A stretch of 45,777 nt of DNA from Candidatus Doudnabacteria bacterium (GTDB lineage: Bacteria; Patescibacteriota; Doudnabacteria; UBA920; O2-02-FULL-48-8): the NCBI GenBank assembly GCA_016199215.1, contig JACQHB010000005.1, positions 1-45,777 of the forward strand, given 5' to 3'. Each line of letters opens with the position of its first letter. Positions within the stretch are counted from its first letter, which is position 1. This document shows, one piece after another, positions 25,860 to 34,834 of this stretch. Position numbers and translations under genes: made by a program. A model generated the notes under the pieces. That model worked only from the letters and a program-made list of their open reading frames with translations, had not been told where the DNA came from and made no database searches.

Positions 25860-26483
25860 TTAAGGGAGCCTGAGAAAATCCATAAATTCTTTTTCCGAAA
25901 AGCCTTTTCTTGTCCTGGTTTTGTAAGGCAACGAAACAGTCGAATATTTTTTATATAATTTTTCGCGTGAAGCAAGAAGTTTTGGGTAACACCTCCTCAA
26001 CGCCTGCCAGTTTGTCTCATTTTTCTTTTTGGAAAAAAGTTTCTGCCAAACTACCGGCTTTGGATTAGTCATGTATTTTTGAAACATTTTTTTCCTGATT
26101 CCAAAGGGAGTCTCAAGATGCGCGACCACTGAATATTTATTAAGCTCGCTGCAGATTTTTTCCCCGGCGTAAACCGCGCTTCCGGTAGTATCAATCACCC
26201 AGTTTCCGGATAGGCCCTTCTTGAGCCTGTTTATGATTTCTGTAAAAACTTGGATTTCCAACGATAAATATATTGCCTGGTTCTTCGGCGAGAAGGGTTC
26301 AAACGGCTGTCCCATCCAGCAGGCAACGTCCTTAATTCCTTTATAACCCTGTTTTTTAAGAATTGGGCCTAATTTGTTTTCTATAAGGTCGTCGCAACAA
26401 ATTCGCCTGAATCCTATTTTTGCCAAGCGTTTGCTCCAAGAACTCTTACCGCTTCCCGACATCCCGATCAAAGTAATAACCAT
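25860..26483 (-). CDS. Shikimate-kinase-like P-loop kinase
   Basis: ITLIGMSGSGKS, VIDTTGS, R..LY.KY. Confidence 0.75.
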   Translation of the reverse strand: MVITLIGMSGSGKSSWSKRLAKIGFRRICCDDLIENKLGPILKKQGYKGIKDVACWMGQPFEPFSPKNQAIYLSLEIQVFTEIINRLKKGLSGNWVIDTTGSAVYAGEKICSELNKYSVVAHLETPFGIRKKMFQKYMTNPKPVVWQKLFSKKKNETNWQALRRCYPKLLASREKLYKKYSTVSLPYKTRTRKGFSEKEFMDFLRLP

Positions 26484-26486
26484 ATG

Positions 26487-26542
26487 CTATGCTTTTTGTG
26501 CCATAAGTTTTTGATGCTCTTGCGTATTCAATAATCCACACT
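26487..26542 (-). pseudogene. Displaced, diverged copy of the secA 3' end (CGLLNTQEHQKLMAQKA*)
   Basis: 25 bp identical to 26970-26994; continues in frame with similar residues to a TAG 3 nt before the next ATG. Confidence 0.85.
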
Positions 26543-26663
26543 CTTCTATTTCAAAACTAGTCCACAAGAAGCTGGCCATAACACAAACACCTGTCGTTTC
26601 TCCCGAGGCTTTACAACCCTGCAAATTCATAGTAGACTATTGAATCTACATAAGGAGGAAGCT

Positions 26664-26924
26664 ATGAGAATCGATTCGTACATCAAGCAATTGGTGGAAG
26701 AGGGCTGGCATGACAAGGAAACACTCGTTGTCCTCTGCGCGCGCCGGCTTGGACAAGAACTTTGGGATTACGATTCCATGTACGGCAGGAGACGCGACCG
26801 CGATGACCATGAAGCCAAGGTCGCTCGACTCGGATTCGCACTCGGGATATCCACAACTCCAAAGGAGTTCCTTGCAGCCATCGAGAAGATCGAAACTCTC
26901 GAGGACCAGAGGGCCCGCCGCTAA
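26664..26924 (+). CDS. Orphan small protein (MRIDSY...) between the secA-end duplicates
   Basis: TTTACA-N17-TAGACT promoter, AAGGAGG SD, hairpin 26910-26934. Confidence 0.65.
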   Translation: MRIDSYIKQLVEEGWHDKETLVVLCARRLGQELWDYDSMYGRRRDRDDHEAKVARLGFALGISTTPKEFLAAIEKIETLEDQRARR

Positions 26925-26938
26925 GGCTGGCCCTTTCA

Positions 26939-29557
26939 TTATGTTCTTTTTGCCATCAACTGCTGGTGTTCTTGCGTATTCAATAATCCACACTTTTTCC
27001 ATTTCTTTCCAGAACCGCAAGGGCAGGGGTCATTTCTACCAATATTTTGATCTTTGATATTTGAATTCTGATTTTGCGCCGCAGGCGCTTGGACAACATC
27101 AACTTTAAAAATCGTGTAAACCACTTGCCGATCTATTTCATCAAGCAGGCGCTGGAACAGCCCATAACCTTCATTTTTAAATTCAAGCAACGGGTCTCGC
27201 TGGCCATACCCTCGCAAACGGACTGAGTCGCGCAAATGCTCCATAGTATCCAAATGCTCCTGCCAAAGGGTGTCGATGGAGCGGAGGTAAACCAGCCTTT
27301 CGAGCTGGTTTATGAGTTGCGGCCCCAGTTTGTCTTTCTTGGCCTTGTAAAGTCTTTCTGCCACAGAAACAAAATGAGAAATCAATTTTTCCTGATCTTT
27401 CTCCTCGATTACATCCGATTGTTCAAGCGGCATCAGGCTTGCCATAACCTGATAAATTTCCTTATGATCAACCTCTTCCTGCGAGTAATGGAAATTTACA
27501 ACCTGCCTTATTTCTCCCTCGACAAGGTCCATGATTTTGTCGGACAAATCTGATTCCTGCTCAAGCAGTTCCCTTCTCTTTCCGTAAACAATCGTCCTTT
27601 GCTTGTTCATCACGTCATCATATTCCAACACGTGTTTTCGCATGTCAAAGTTTAATCCCTCAATCTTCCTTTGCGCCGATTCTATGGATTTGGAAACCAA
27701 ACCATGCTCAATCGGCTGATCTTCAGGAATCCCCAATGTCTGCATCAGTTTGCCTACCCTGTCTCCTCCGAACAGGCGCATTAGATCGTCTTCCAAAGAA
27801 AGAAAGAACTGCGAAGAACCGGGATCACCCTGGCGTCCGGATCGCCCGCGCAACTGGTTGTCAATGCGTCTTGATTCGTGTCGCTCCGTTCCAATCACCG
27901 CAAGTCCGCCAAACTCGATAACTTTTTTCTGCTCGTCAGGATCCGCGGGGTTTCCACCCAAAATAATGTCCACTCCTCGGCCAGCGATGTTTGTGGCAAG
28001 CGTAACCGCGCCCAATCTGCCGGCTTGAGAAATGATCTTTGCTTCTTTTTCATGGTTTTTGGCGTTCAAAAGCTCGTGTTCAACTCCGGCTTGCGTCAGC
28101 ATCTTTGAAAGAAGCTCGTTTTTTTCGATCGAGATTGTGCCGACCAAAACCGGCTGGCCTAATTTATTCTTTTCTTTTATGGTCTGGATTACGGCGGTGA
28201 ACTTGCCTTCCACGCTCTTATAAATCTGGTCAGCCAAATCTGTTCTGACCATTGGCTTGTTCGTCGGGATCACCACAACTTCCAGATTGTAAATTTTGTG
28301 GAATTCCTCAGCTTCTGTCTCCGCTGTTCCGGTCATTCCAGCTAATTTTTTATAAAGGCGAAAATAATTCTGGAAAGTGATTGTTGCCAGGGTCTTGCTT
28401 TCCTGCTGGATTTTTACCCCTTCTTTTGCTTCAATAGCCTGGTGCAACCCCTCGGAATAGCGGCGTCCGAACATAAGGCGTCCGGTAAATTCATCCACGA
28501 TCACTATCTCATCCTGCCTCACCACGTAATGAGTGTCTTTCTTAAACAAAGTTTTTGCCCTTAAGGCCTGCTCAATGTGATGGACCGTGGCAATCCCCTC
28601 TTTGTCATAAATATTTTTCACGCCAAGCATTTTCTCAAGCTTCTCAACGCCAGCTTCAGTTAGAGTCGCCGCTTTGTGCTTTTCATCCACGTTGTAATCA
28701 GTATTCTCTTCCAATTTTCCGACAAACTTCGCGAATTCATAATATTTGTTTGTCGGCTCCGTATCCGGGGCGGAAATAATCAGCGGGGTCCGGGCTTCGT
28801 CAATCAAAATCGAATCCACCTCGTCTACGATCGCAAAATGCAGATCCCTCTGCACCATCTGCTCTTTTTGCCAAACCATGTTGTCGCGAAGGTAATCAAA
28901 TCCGTATTCATTGTTGGTTCCATAAGTAATGTCAGCGGCGTAAGCCTGCCGGCGGCTGATCGGCCGCATGTGTTTAACGTCCAAAACCAATCCCTGAACC
29001 GCTGCTTCCACCTGTTTTACCTCTTCCTCCTCCGGTTCATAAGTTGGGTCATACAAAAAAGCGGCTTCGTGCTGAATAGAGGCCGTGGATAATCCCAAAT
29101 AGTGGTAAATCTGCCCCATCCAGGATGCCTGCCATCTGGCCAAATAATCGTTAACAGTAATTAAATGCGCCCCCCTTCCTGCTAACGCGTTGAGGTAAAG
29201 AGGAAGCGTTGCGACCAAAGTTTTTCCTTCCCCTGTCTTCATTTCGGCAATTGCTCCGGAATGCAGGACCATACCGCCGACCAGCTGGACGTCGTAATGC
29301 CGCTGGCCAATGGTTCTTTTGGCCGCTTCCCTAACCGCGGCGTAAGCTTGGGGCAAAATTTTATTCAAATATTCTTTTTGCTCATTCAAATCCAAATCCG
29401 CCAATTGTTTCTTCCAATCAGCGCTGGTTGCCCTAAGCTCATCCTGGGTTTTTTTCTCAAACTCGGCTTCCAGCGAATTGACCTGATCAACCAGCTTTTG
29501 ATACTTCGACACCACAGCCTCATTTGAAGCCCCAAACAGTTTTCCAAAAATTGCCAT
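26939..29557 (-). CDS. secA: Protein translocase subunit SecA
   Basis: EMKTGEGKT, IVDEVDSILIDEARTPLIIS, ATNIAGRGVDI, SEC-C motif GRNDPCPCGSGKK. Confidence 0.98.
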   Translation of the reverse strand: MAIFGKLFGASNEAVVSKYQKLVDQVNSLEAEFEKKTQDELRATSADWKKQLADLDLNEQKEYLNKILPQAYAAVREAAKRTIGQRHYDVQLVGGMVLHSGAIAEMKTGEGKTLVATLPLYLNALAGRGAHLITVNDYLARWQASWMGQIYHYLGLSTASIQHEAAFLYDPTYEPEEEEVKQVEAAVQGLVLDVKHMRPISRRQAYAADITYGTNNEYGFDYLRDNMVWQKEQMVQRDLHFAIVDEVDSILIDEARTPLIISAPDTEPTNKYYEFAKFVGKLEENTDYNVDEKHKAATLTEAGVEKLEKMLGVKNIYDKEGIATVHHIEQALRAKTLFKKDTHYVVRQDEIVIVDEFTGRLMFGRRYSEGLHQAIEAKEGVKIQQESKTLATITFQNYFRLYKKLAGMTGTAETEAEEFHKIYNLEVVVIPTNKPMVRTDLADQIYKSVEGKFTAVIQTIKEKNKLGQPVLVGTISIEKNELLSKMLTQAGVEHELLNAKNHEKEAKIISQAGRLGAVTLATNIAGRGVDIILGGNPADPDEQKKVIEFGGLAVIGTERHESRRIDNQLRGRSGRQGDPGSSQFFLSLEDDLMRLFGGDRVGKLMQTLGIPEDQPIEHGLVSKSIESAQRKIEGLNFDMRKHVLEYDDVMNKQRTIVYGKRRELLEQESDLSDKIMDLVEGEIRQVVNFHYSQEEVDHKEIYQVMASLMPLEQSDVIEEKDQEKLISHFVSVAERLYKAKKDKLGPQLINQLERLVYLRSIDTLWQEHLDTMEHLRDSVRLRGYGQRDPLLEFKNEGYGLFQRLLDEIDRQVVYTIFKVDVVQAPAAQNQNSNIKDQNIGRNDPCPCGSGKKWKKCGLLNTQEHQQLMAKRT

Positions 29558-29576
29558 AAATCCTATTAAGTATAAT

Positions 29577-29607
29577 AAAAACAGGGCTTTTTGGAAAGCC
29601 CTGTTTT
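29577..29607 (-). terminator. Intrinsic terminator after the polyamine cluster
   Basis: aaaacagggcttt / aaagccctgtttt 13-bp stem. Confidence 0.85.
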
Positions 29608-29617
29608 GAAAACTACT

Positions 29618-30838
29618 TTATGCCGCTACTGGTTCGAGTAATTTGCTGGTTTCTTTCTTTTTCGCTTGTTTGCTCAATTTTCCTTTGCCATTGATCTTTA
29701 TCCCATTCTCATAAATCCAGATCTTTCTTTTGCCCAATTCCTCGAAAAACGGCTCTGGCGGGACTACAAATTCTGGAGCAAACACACCGACTTCCGAAAT
29801 CAGCCCGCTCTTGATCATTTGGGCGGTAATTGATACGGGCATGCCGGTATCAACATTGCAAGTGGCGTCTTCCCAGCCTGGCAAGGTTCCGGCGATCGCG
29901 TCCATTTCAACTACTTTCTCTTTGCCGTCCTTGGATCCGTAGACCTTAAGCCAAATATTTTCCTTTTCCTTGTATCCGGCAGGAATCGGAGTTCTGCGCA
30001 AAACTTCGATTGAATAATCCAAAGGGCTTACCGCAACACCTTCAATGTCAATTTTATCCTTCTTCGTAAAGCCAAGTTCAATCAGTTTCATGATCGCTTC
30101 CCTGGAATGATCGGGAAAACTTGAACAGACCATAATGTTTTTGATCCCGGCTCCCTTAAGATACTCGTAAAAAGTATAATGCTCAACGTGCGCGGTATAG
30201 AAAGTTTTTAACTTGCCGACTTCCCGGTAATCATAGTTAATTTTGCATTCTTCCGGGGCCCGCAGCACGAATTTTCCGTTTTCAAAAACTTTGGCTTTTT
30301 CCGTAAACTCCCAAGAAATAGCATCAAGAGAAAATGGCGGCACAAATACCGGCATGTTTGAATTCCAGGCAAATCCCAAATGGACCGTATGAATCTTGTC
30401 GAACTGGGGCCGGACATATCGAAGCATCACATTATTAATGCCCGGAGTGGAACCCATGCCCGTAATCCCTATAATTTTCTTTTCCGCGAATTCATCGCTC
30501 ATTCTAAACTGGCCGTAAGTCATTTCCTCGTCAACCGAGCCCAAATCAATATAATTGACTCCCAAATCCAAACAGAGCTTGGTGACAACCAAGTTATAAT
30601 CGTCCACTGCGCAATTAATCACTGTGGCGGCGCCGGATCTTTTTACGACTTTTTTGACCCGTTCAATTTTCCTAAGGTCAATTTGGGCAAAATCCGCCTT
30701 CTTATTCTCAAGCAGAGGATCAAGGTTGTAGTCGTCAGTGGCCGCAAGCAATACGCTAAAGCCGCTCTCCAATAAATCTCTCGAAACTATTCGCCCCTGC
30801 ATCCCATTGGCGCCGATTACAACAAAATCATAATTCAT
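29618..30838 (-). CDS. Saccharopine dehydrogenase-family oxidoreductase (carboxyspermidine dehydrogenase/homospermidine synthase superfamily)
   Basis: VIGANGMQG, GVNYIDLG, GMGSTPGINNV, TGMPVSITAQMI..G.I...GVFAPE. Confidence 0.75.
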   Translation of the reverse strand: MNYDFVVIGANGMQGRIVSRDLLESGFSVLLAATDDYNLDPLLENKKADFAQIDLRKIERVKKVVKRSGAATVINCAVDDYNLVVTKLCLDLGVNYIDLGSVDEEMTYGQFRMSDEFAEKKIIGITGMGSTPGINNVMLRYVRPQFDKIHTVHLGFAWNSNMPVFVPPFSLDAISWEFTEKAKVFENGKFVLRAPEECKINYDYREVGKLKTFYTAHVEHYTFYEYLKGAGIKNIMVCSSFPDHSREAIMKLIELGFTKKDKIDIEGVAVSPLDYSIEVLRRTPIPAGYKEKENIWLKVYGSKDGKEKVVEMDAIAGTLPGWEDATCNVDTGMPVSITAQMIKSGLISEVGVFAPEFVVPPEPFFEELGKRKIWIYENGIKINGKGKLSKQAKKKETSKLLEPVAA

Positions 30839-30891
30839 GATTTTATTTCTCCTCGGATGAACTTTTTTTCATTCTACACAAGTATAAAAAA

Positions 30892-31809
30892 TTACGCAAG
30901 TTTTTTTGCGCGAAATTTGTATAAAATCATTTTCATCAAAAGTTTTGCCGCTAAAAAATCAGGTGCGTGAAAATTTTCAATCGGCGCAAGCTCCACCAAA
31001 TCCATGCCAATTACATTCTTTTTCGCGCAAACCTCGCGCAAAACAGAAAGCGTTTCATTCCAGAAAAGTCCTCCAGGCTCCGGAGTGCCGGTTGCCGGCA
31101 TTACGGATGAATCAAAAGCGTCAATATCAAAACTGATAAAAACATTTTCCGTGAGGGAATCAAGAATCGATTCTGTCTGCCAGCTTGCTTTTTCTTTTGC
31201 CAAAAAAACGGAAACTTTTTCTTTGTTTTCCATCCAATATTTATACTCAAGTTTGTTGAAATTTCTAATCCCGAACAGAGCCGCTTTCCGTATATTTGGC
31301 AAAGAAAGCGAATATTTAAGCCAGGAGGCGTGGGTAAAATCCCCTTTTGACCATTGGTCGCCCAAATCCATGTGCGAATCAAAAACTAAAACGGAGATGT
31401 CTTTATAATTTTTGCTTAAGGCCTGAGCAAACCCGTAACTAATGCTGTGCTCGCCTCCGATTAAGACCGGAAATTTCCGTTTGGAAATTAAATCAGAAAC
31501 AATCCCGGCCAAAAGATTGCACGCTTCTTCCGGTTCTTTGGGCAAATCAGGCTGCGGCGTTGTCCAAATTTTTATTTGGTTGTGAATGTCATCAAGCAGT
31601 TCGTCATCAAATGTTTCGACCTGCGCTGAAGCTTGGATCAATCCTGCCGGACCCTTGTCAGTTCCGTGGCCAAAAGTAACAGTCCCTTCGTAGCCGAAAG
31701 GGATTATTACCGCATCCGAGTTTTCAAACGTCACAGGCTCCTTCAGATCCAGACTGAATAAATCCAAAAAAGGCTTTGGCTCATATAACTTGGTGGGGTC
31801 GAATGGCAT
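30892..31809 (-). CDS. speB: Agmatinase (ureohydrolase)
   Basis: GGEHSIS, FDSHMDL, FTHAS, SFDIDAFD, ATGTPEPGGL, DLVELAP. Confidence 0.9.
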   Translation of the reverse strand: MPFDPTKLYEPKPFLDLFSLDLKEPVTFENSDAVIIPFGYEGTVTFGHGTDKGPAGLIQASAQVETFDDELLDDIHNQIKIWTTPQPDLPKEPEEACNLLAGIVSDLISKRKFPVLIGGEHSISYGFAQALSKNYKDISVLVFDSHMDLGDQWSKGDFTHASWLKYSLSLPNIRKAALFGIRNFNKLEYKYWMENKEKVSVFLAKEKASWQTESILDSLTENVFISFDIDAFDSSVMPATGTPEPGGLFWNETLSVLREVCAKKNVIGMDLVELAPIENFHAPDFLAAKLLMKMILYKFRAKKLA

Positions 31810-31815
31810 CTTTTT

Positions 31816-32910
31816 TTAAAGCCCAAGCAAAACCGCGGCGATCCAAGGGAAGGCAAGATTGGCATCGCTTTGGATAATTTGATAATAACTTTCGGGCGAA
31901 AGCTTATCCCACGTGATTTTTTCCTTGCCGCCAGCGCCAGAATACGAGCCGTATGACATGGGAGACGAACCGATCTCAATAAACCCCGCCCAGTCCCGGA
32001 CTTTTCCATGGAGCTTCAAATCATGTTTCAGCGAAGGCACGGTGCAAATTGGAAAATCAGCCGCTATTCCTCCACCCAGTTGCAAAAAAGCAATCGGCGA
32101 TTTTTTGCTTTCTTTCATATACCAATCGTACATCAAATGAAAATATTCAAGACCGGTTTTCATCACATTGCCGTCCAAAACCACATCGCCTTTTTTCTTA
32201 TGCGCGCCTTTGTAAGTGTAGCTGGCAAAAATGTTCCCCATTGTGGAATCTTCAAACCCCGGAACCACAATGGGAATGTTTTTTTGAAAAGCCGCGTAAG
32301 CCCAACAATCCTCCGGGTTCGCCTGTGGGTCAGGCTTAATAAGCTTGTCCTTAAAAAGCCTGCGGAAATATTCATGAGGAAAAAAACGCTGACCTTTTAA
32401 AGAAGCGTCTTTCCACATTTTTACCAAAGGCGGCTCCATAATCCGCACACTTTCATCTTCCGGCAAAAAAGTGTCGGTAATCCGCCTAAGTCCGGCGTCT
32501 CTCAATTCGGCTTCCTGCTTTGGAGTGAGTTCCGTGTAGCGCGGGATATAGGCGTAATGGGAATGAGCTACATATCGGTAATAAGATTCTTCGTGATTTG
32601 CGCCTGTTGCGGATACAAGATGAACCTTGTTTTTTCGAATCAACTCCGCAAGCATTACGCCGATCTGGAAGGAGCTTAAGGCCCCGGCCAGCGTCACCAC
32701 GATTTTACCGCCGTTCTTCAGGTGTTTTCTAAGCCACAAGGCCGCCTCAAGCGTGGCTCCGGCATTCGTATGATTAAGCGTCTTTTGCGCGTATTTGCTT
32801 ACAACTCCAGCGCTTCCTTTCATTGCGTCCGCGAGAGAACCGGTGGCTTTGCCGTTATCCGGCACGATCAACTTCCTAAGCCCTGGGGAAAGTTTGTCTA
32901 ATTTTTTCAT
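31816..32910 (-). CDS. Deoxyhypusine-synthase-like protein (SpeY-type homospermidine biosynthesis); start at 32910
   Basis: TLAGALSS, SATGANHEE, RITDTFLPE, PGFEDST, GGGIAADFPIC, YGSYSGA...EKITWDK; AAAGGAG SD. Confidence 0.88.
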   Translation of the reverse strand: MKKLDKLSPGLRKLIVPDNGKATGSLADAMKGSAGVVSKYAQKTLNHTNAGATLEAALWLRKHLKNGGKIVVTLAGALSSFQIGVMLAELIRKNKVHLVSATGANHEESYYRYVAHSHYAYIPRYTELTPKQEAELRDAGLRRITDTFLPEDESVRIMEPPLVKMWKDASLKGQRFFPHEYFRRLFKDKLIKPDPQANPEDCWAYAAFQKNIPIVVPGFEDSTMGNIFASYTYKGAHKKKGDVVLDGNVMKTGLEYFHLMYDWYMKESKKSPIAFLQLGGGIAADFPICTVPSLKHDLKLHGKVRDWAGFIEIGSSPMSYGSYSGAGGKEKITWDKLSPESYYQIIQSDANLAFPWIAAVLLGL

Positions 32911-32954
32911 AATTGCTCCTTTTAATTCTCTAGCGCCAAAAGCCGAGCGCCTCC

Positions 32955-34325
32955 TCACCATCCAAATTGCCTGCCAACCTCTTCCGAAGTTTCTCTGCGG
33001 CGAGCCAGCCTCACTTCTCCGTTTTGGCAAATAATTTTTGCCGGAGAAGACAACAAGCAGTGATGGCTGGCAAGCGGATCCTGGTAAGCTCCGGTGTCAT
33101 AAAACGCCACGTACAACGGTTCGCCATTTAGTTCTTCAAACTTCGGCATCCAGATGTTTCCTCCACCCGCGGTATATTTGTCGTCCGAATCACAGGAAGA
33201 GCCCGCAAACCAAGCGCTCTGCAATTTGCCGACTTTCATGTAATTTACGGGCGTCACGTGCCATTTCCATTTGATCGCCCAGGTATCAAGAAGGTCGTTC
33301 ATAAAACTGCCGTCAATCACATACCATTTGCGCTTGCCGCCTTCGGACACGGATTTTTCCGCCAATATTTTAAAAATTGTGATTTGCGCGGGCGAAGCGA
33401 CATATCTTCCCCACTCCACGATCAAATTCGGATGTTTGATCCCGTTTTTATCGCAGAATTTTTTGGCAGTGCGCACAATTTGGTTAATCGCGGTTTTGGC
33501 CGAGTAAAATTTTCCCCGCTTCTCGTAAGGCACGCCAGCGCCCCCGCCCATATCAATAGTATCAAGCCCCGGGTTGTACTGTCTCAACTTGGCGTAAATC
33601 TCCAAAGCGCGCTTAAACGGCTGAACCAGCCCGTCCACTCTTTCTATTTGGGATGAGATGTGGTAGTGGAGCACCGAAAGATTCCTGATCCTCCCAAGCT
33701 TCAAAATTTCTTCTTCCGAAAATCCGTAGCGGTTAAACCTTTTATCCCAGTGGGACCGGACTTTCAGGTTCATATTCAGGCGGATGCCCGTTTCGCCCTT
33801 AAACTTACGCAGCCGCTCCAGTTCCCGGTAGTCTTCAATAATCGGGATTACAATCAGCCCTTTTGCCTTAAGCTCCTCAATTAATTTAATATACGCTTCT
33901 GTTTTTGGCCCGTTGCAGATTACCCTTATTTTAGGGTTAAATTTCTCTTGTTCAAGCATTTTTTTGACCAGCCACAGCTCATTGACCGAGGCCACGTCGA
34001 AGTGCCCGCCTTCGGACACAACCGGCAGGACGAACTCCTTATTCTGGTTCACCTTCATTGCGTAATGGTAATTGAAACGGCCCTTGTAGCCATGAAGCTT
34101 GATATAGGCGTTGAAAATATCAATTAAGTCGCGGACGCGGTTTTCCAAAATGAAAGGAAAAACAATTTCAAGAGGCGAACCGTATTTTTTTATCAGTTCG
34201 TGAATGTTGTATTGATAGTTCCCTTCCTTCACCAGCAACTCACCGTCTGAGGTGATGTCAAAAAATTGCGTGTTGAATTCCTCGAATCCGAGTTTCCAAA
34301 ACCGCCTGAAATTTTTTTTGGTCAA
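32955..34325 (-). CDS. speA: PLP-dependent fold III decarboxylase, arginine decarboxylase-like
   Basis: YAMKVNQ (PLP Lys), S..EL, CNGPK, LHYHISSQI, DMGGGAGV, EWGRY, SSCDSDD, TGAYQD; GAGGAG SD. Confidence 0.78.
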   Translation of the reverse strand: MTKKNFRRFWKLGFEEFNTQFFDITSDGELLVKEGNYQYNIHELIKKYGSPLEIVFPFILENRVRDLIDIFNAYIKLHGYKGRFNYHYAMKVNQNKEFVLPVVSEGGHFDVASVNELWLVKKMLEQEKFNPKIRVICNGPKTEAYIKLIEELKAKGLIVIPIIEDYRELERLRKFKGETGIRLNMNLKVRSHWDKRFNRYGFSEEEILKLGRIRNLSVLHYHISSQIERVDGLVQPFKRALEIYAKLRQYNPGLDTIDMGGGAGVPYEKRGKFYSAKTAINQIVRTAKKFCDKNGIKHPNLIVEWGRYVASPAQITIFKILAEKSVSEGGKRKWYVIDGSFMNDLLDTWAIKWKWHVTPVNYMKVGKLQSAWFAGSSCDSDDKYTAGGGNIWMPKFEELNGEPLYVAFYDTGAYQDPLASHHCLLSSPAKIICQNGEVRLARRRETSEEVGRQFGW

Positions 34326-34383
34326 CTAGTTCTCCTCACGGAAAAAATTATACAAGATAATGATAAAACAATCAGATTTGTTG

Positions 34384-34722
34384 TCAAGTCTTTCTCTTCG
34401 CGCTGCGGGCCCCGCGTTTCTGCAAAGTCGCCCGTCTGTCTTTAAATTTGGAGATTTGTTCTCTAAGTTTGGGGATCGCGAGATCTATCGCCGCGTAAAT
34501 ATCTTCGCCGTCCGCTTCCGCGCGCATTATTTTGCCGCCAACGATCAGCATCAACTCAGCGCGGAAAATTTCTCCACTGCGGTGCTTTCTTGACCGCTCA
34601 AGCTCAATTTTTGCCTCTATCGGCCCCGAAATATACTTTTCCATCCCCCTGACCTTCTCTTCAGCGTATTGTTTTATCGAAGATATCAACGGCAAATGCG
34701 TTGACTTTATTGAAATGTTCAT
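34384..34722 (-). CDS. hpf: Ribosome hibernation factor HPF/RaiA
   Basis: IKQYAEEKV, AEADGEDIYAAIDLAI.KL.EQI.K.K. Confidence 0.92.
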   Translation of the reverse strand: MNISIKSTHLPLISSIKQYAEEKVRGMEKYISGPIEAKIELERSRKHRSGEIFRAELMLIVGGKIMRAEADGEDIYAAIDLAIPKLREQISKFKDRRATLQKRGARSAKRKT

Positions 34723-34825
34723 CCCGTTTAGAAATTTTTGATTAATTATTTACAAAGATAATTTATAATTTCCCGCTAGATTATAATACTAGAATTATTT
34801 GCCGCATTCAAATTTCTAACGGGAT
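34721..34825. repeat. Inverted pair of CCCGTTAGAAA motif (family B), pair 1
   Basis: atcccgtttagaaattt ... aaatttctaacgggat; left arm supplies the hpf ATG. Confidence 0.8.
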
Positions 34826-34834
34826 TCATATATT

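Noticed and set aside
31816-33030. 40-aa N-terminal extension of the DHS-like ORF overlapping speA
   Set aside because: Strong AAAGGAG SD at the ATG at 32910; the extension is overlap read-through.
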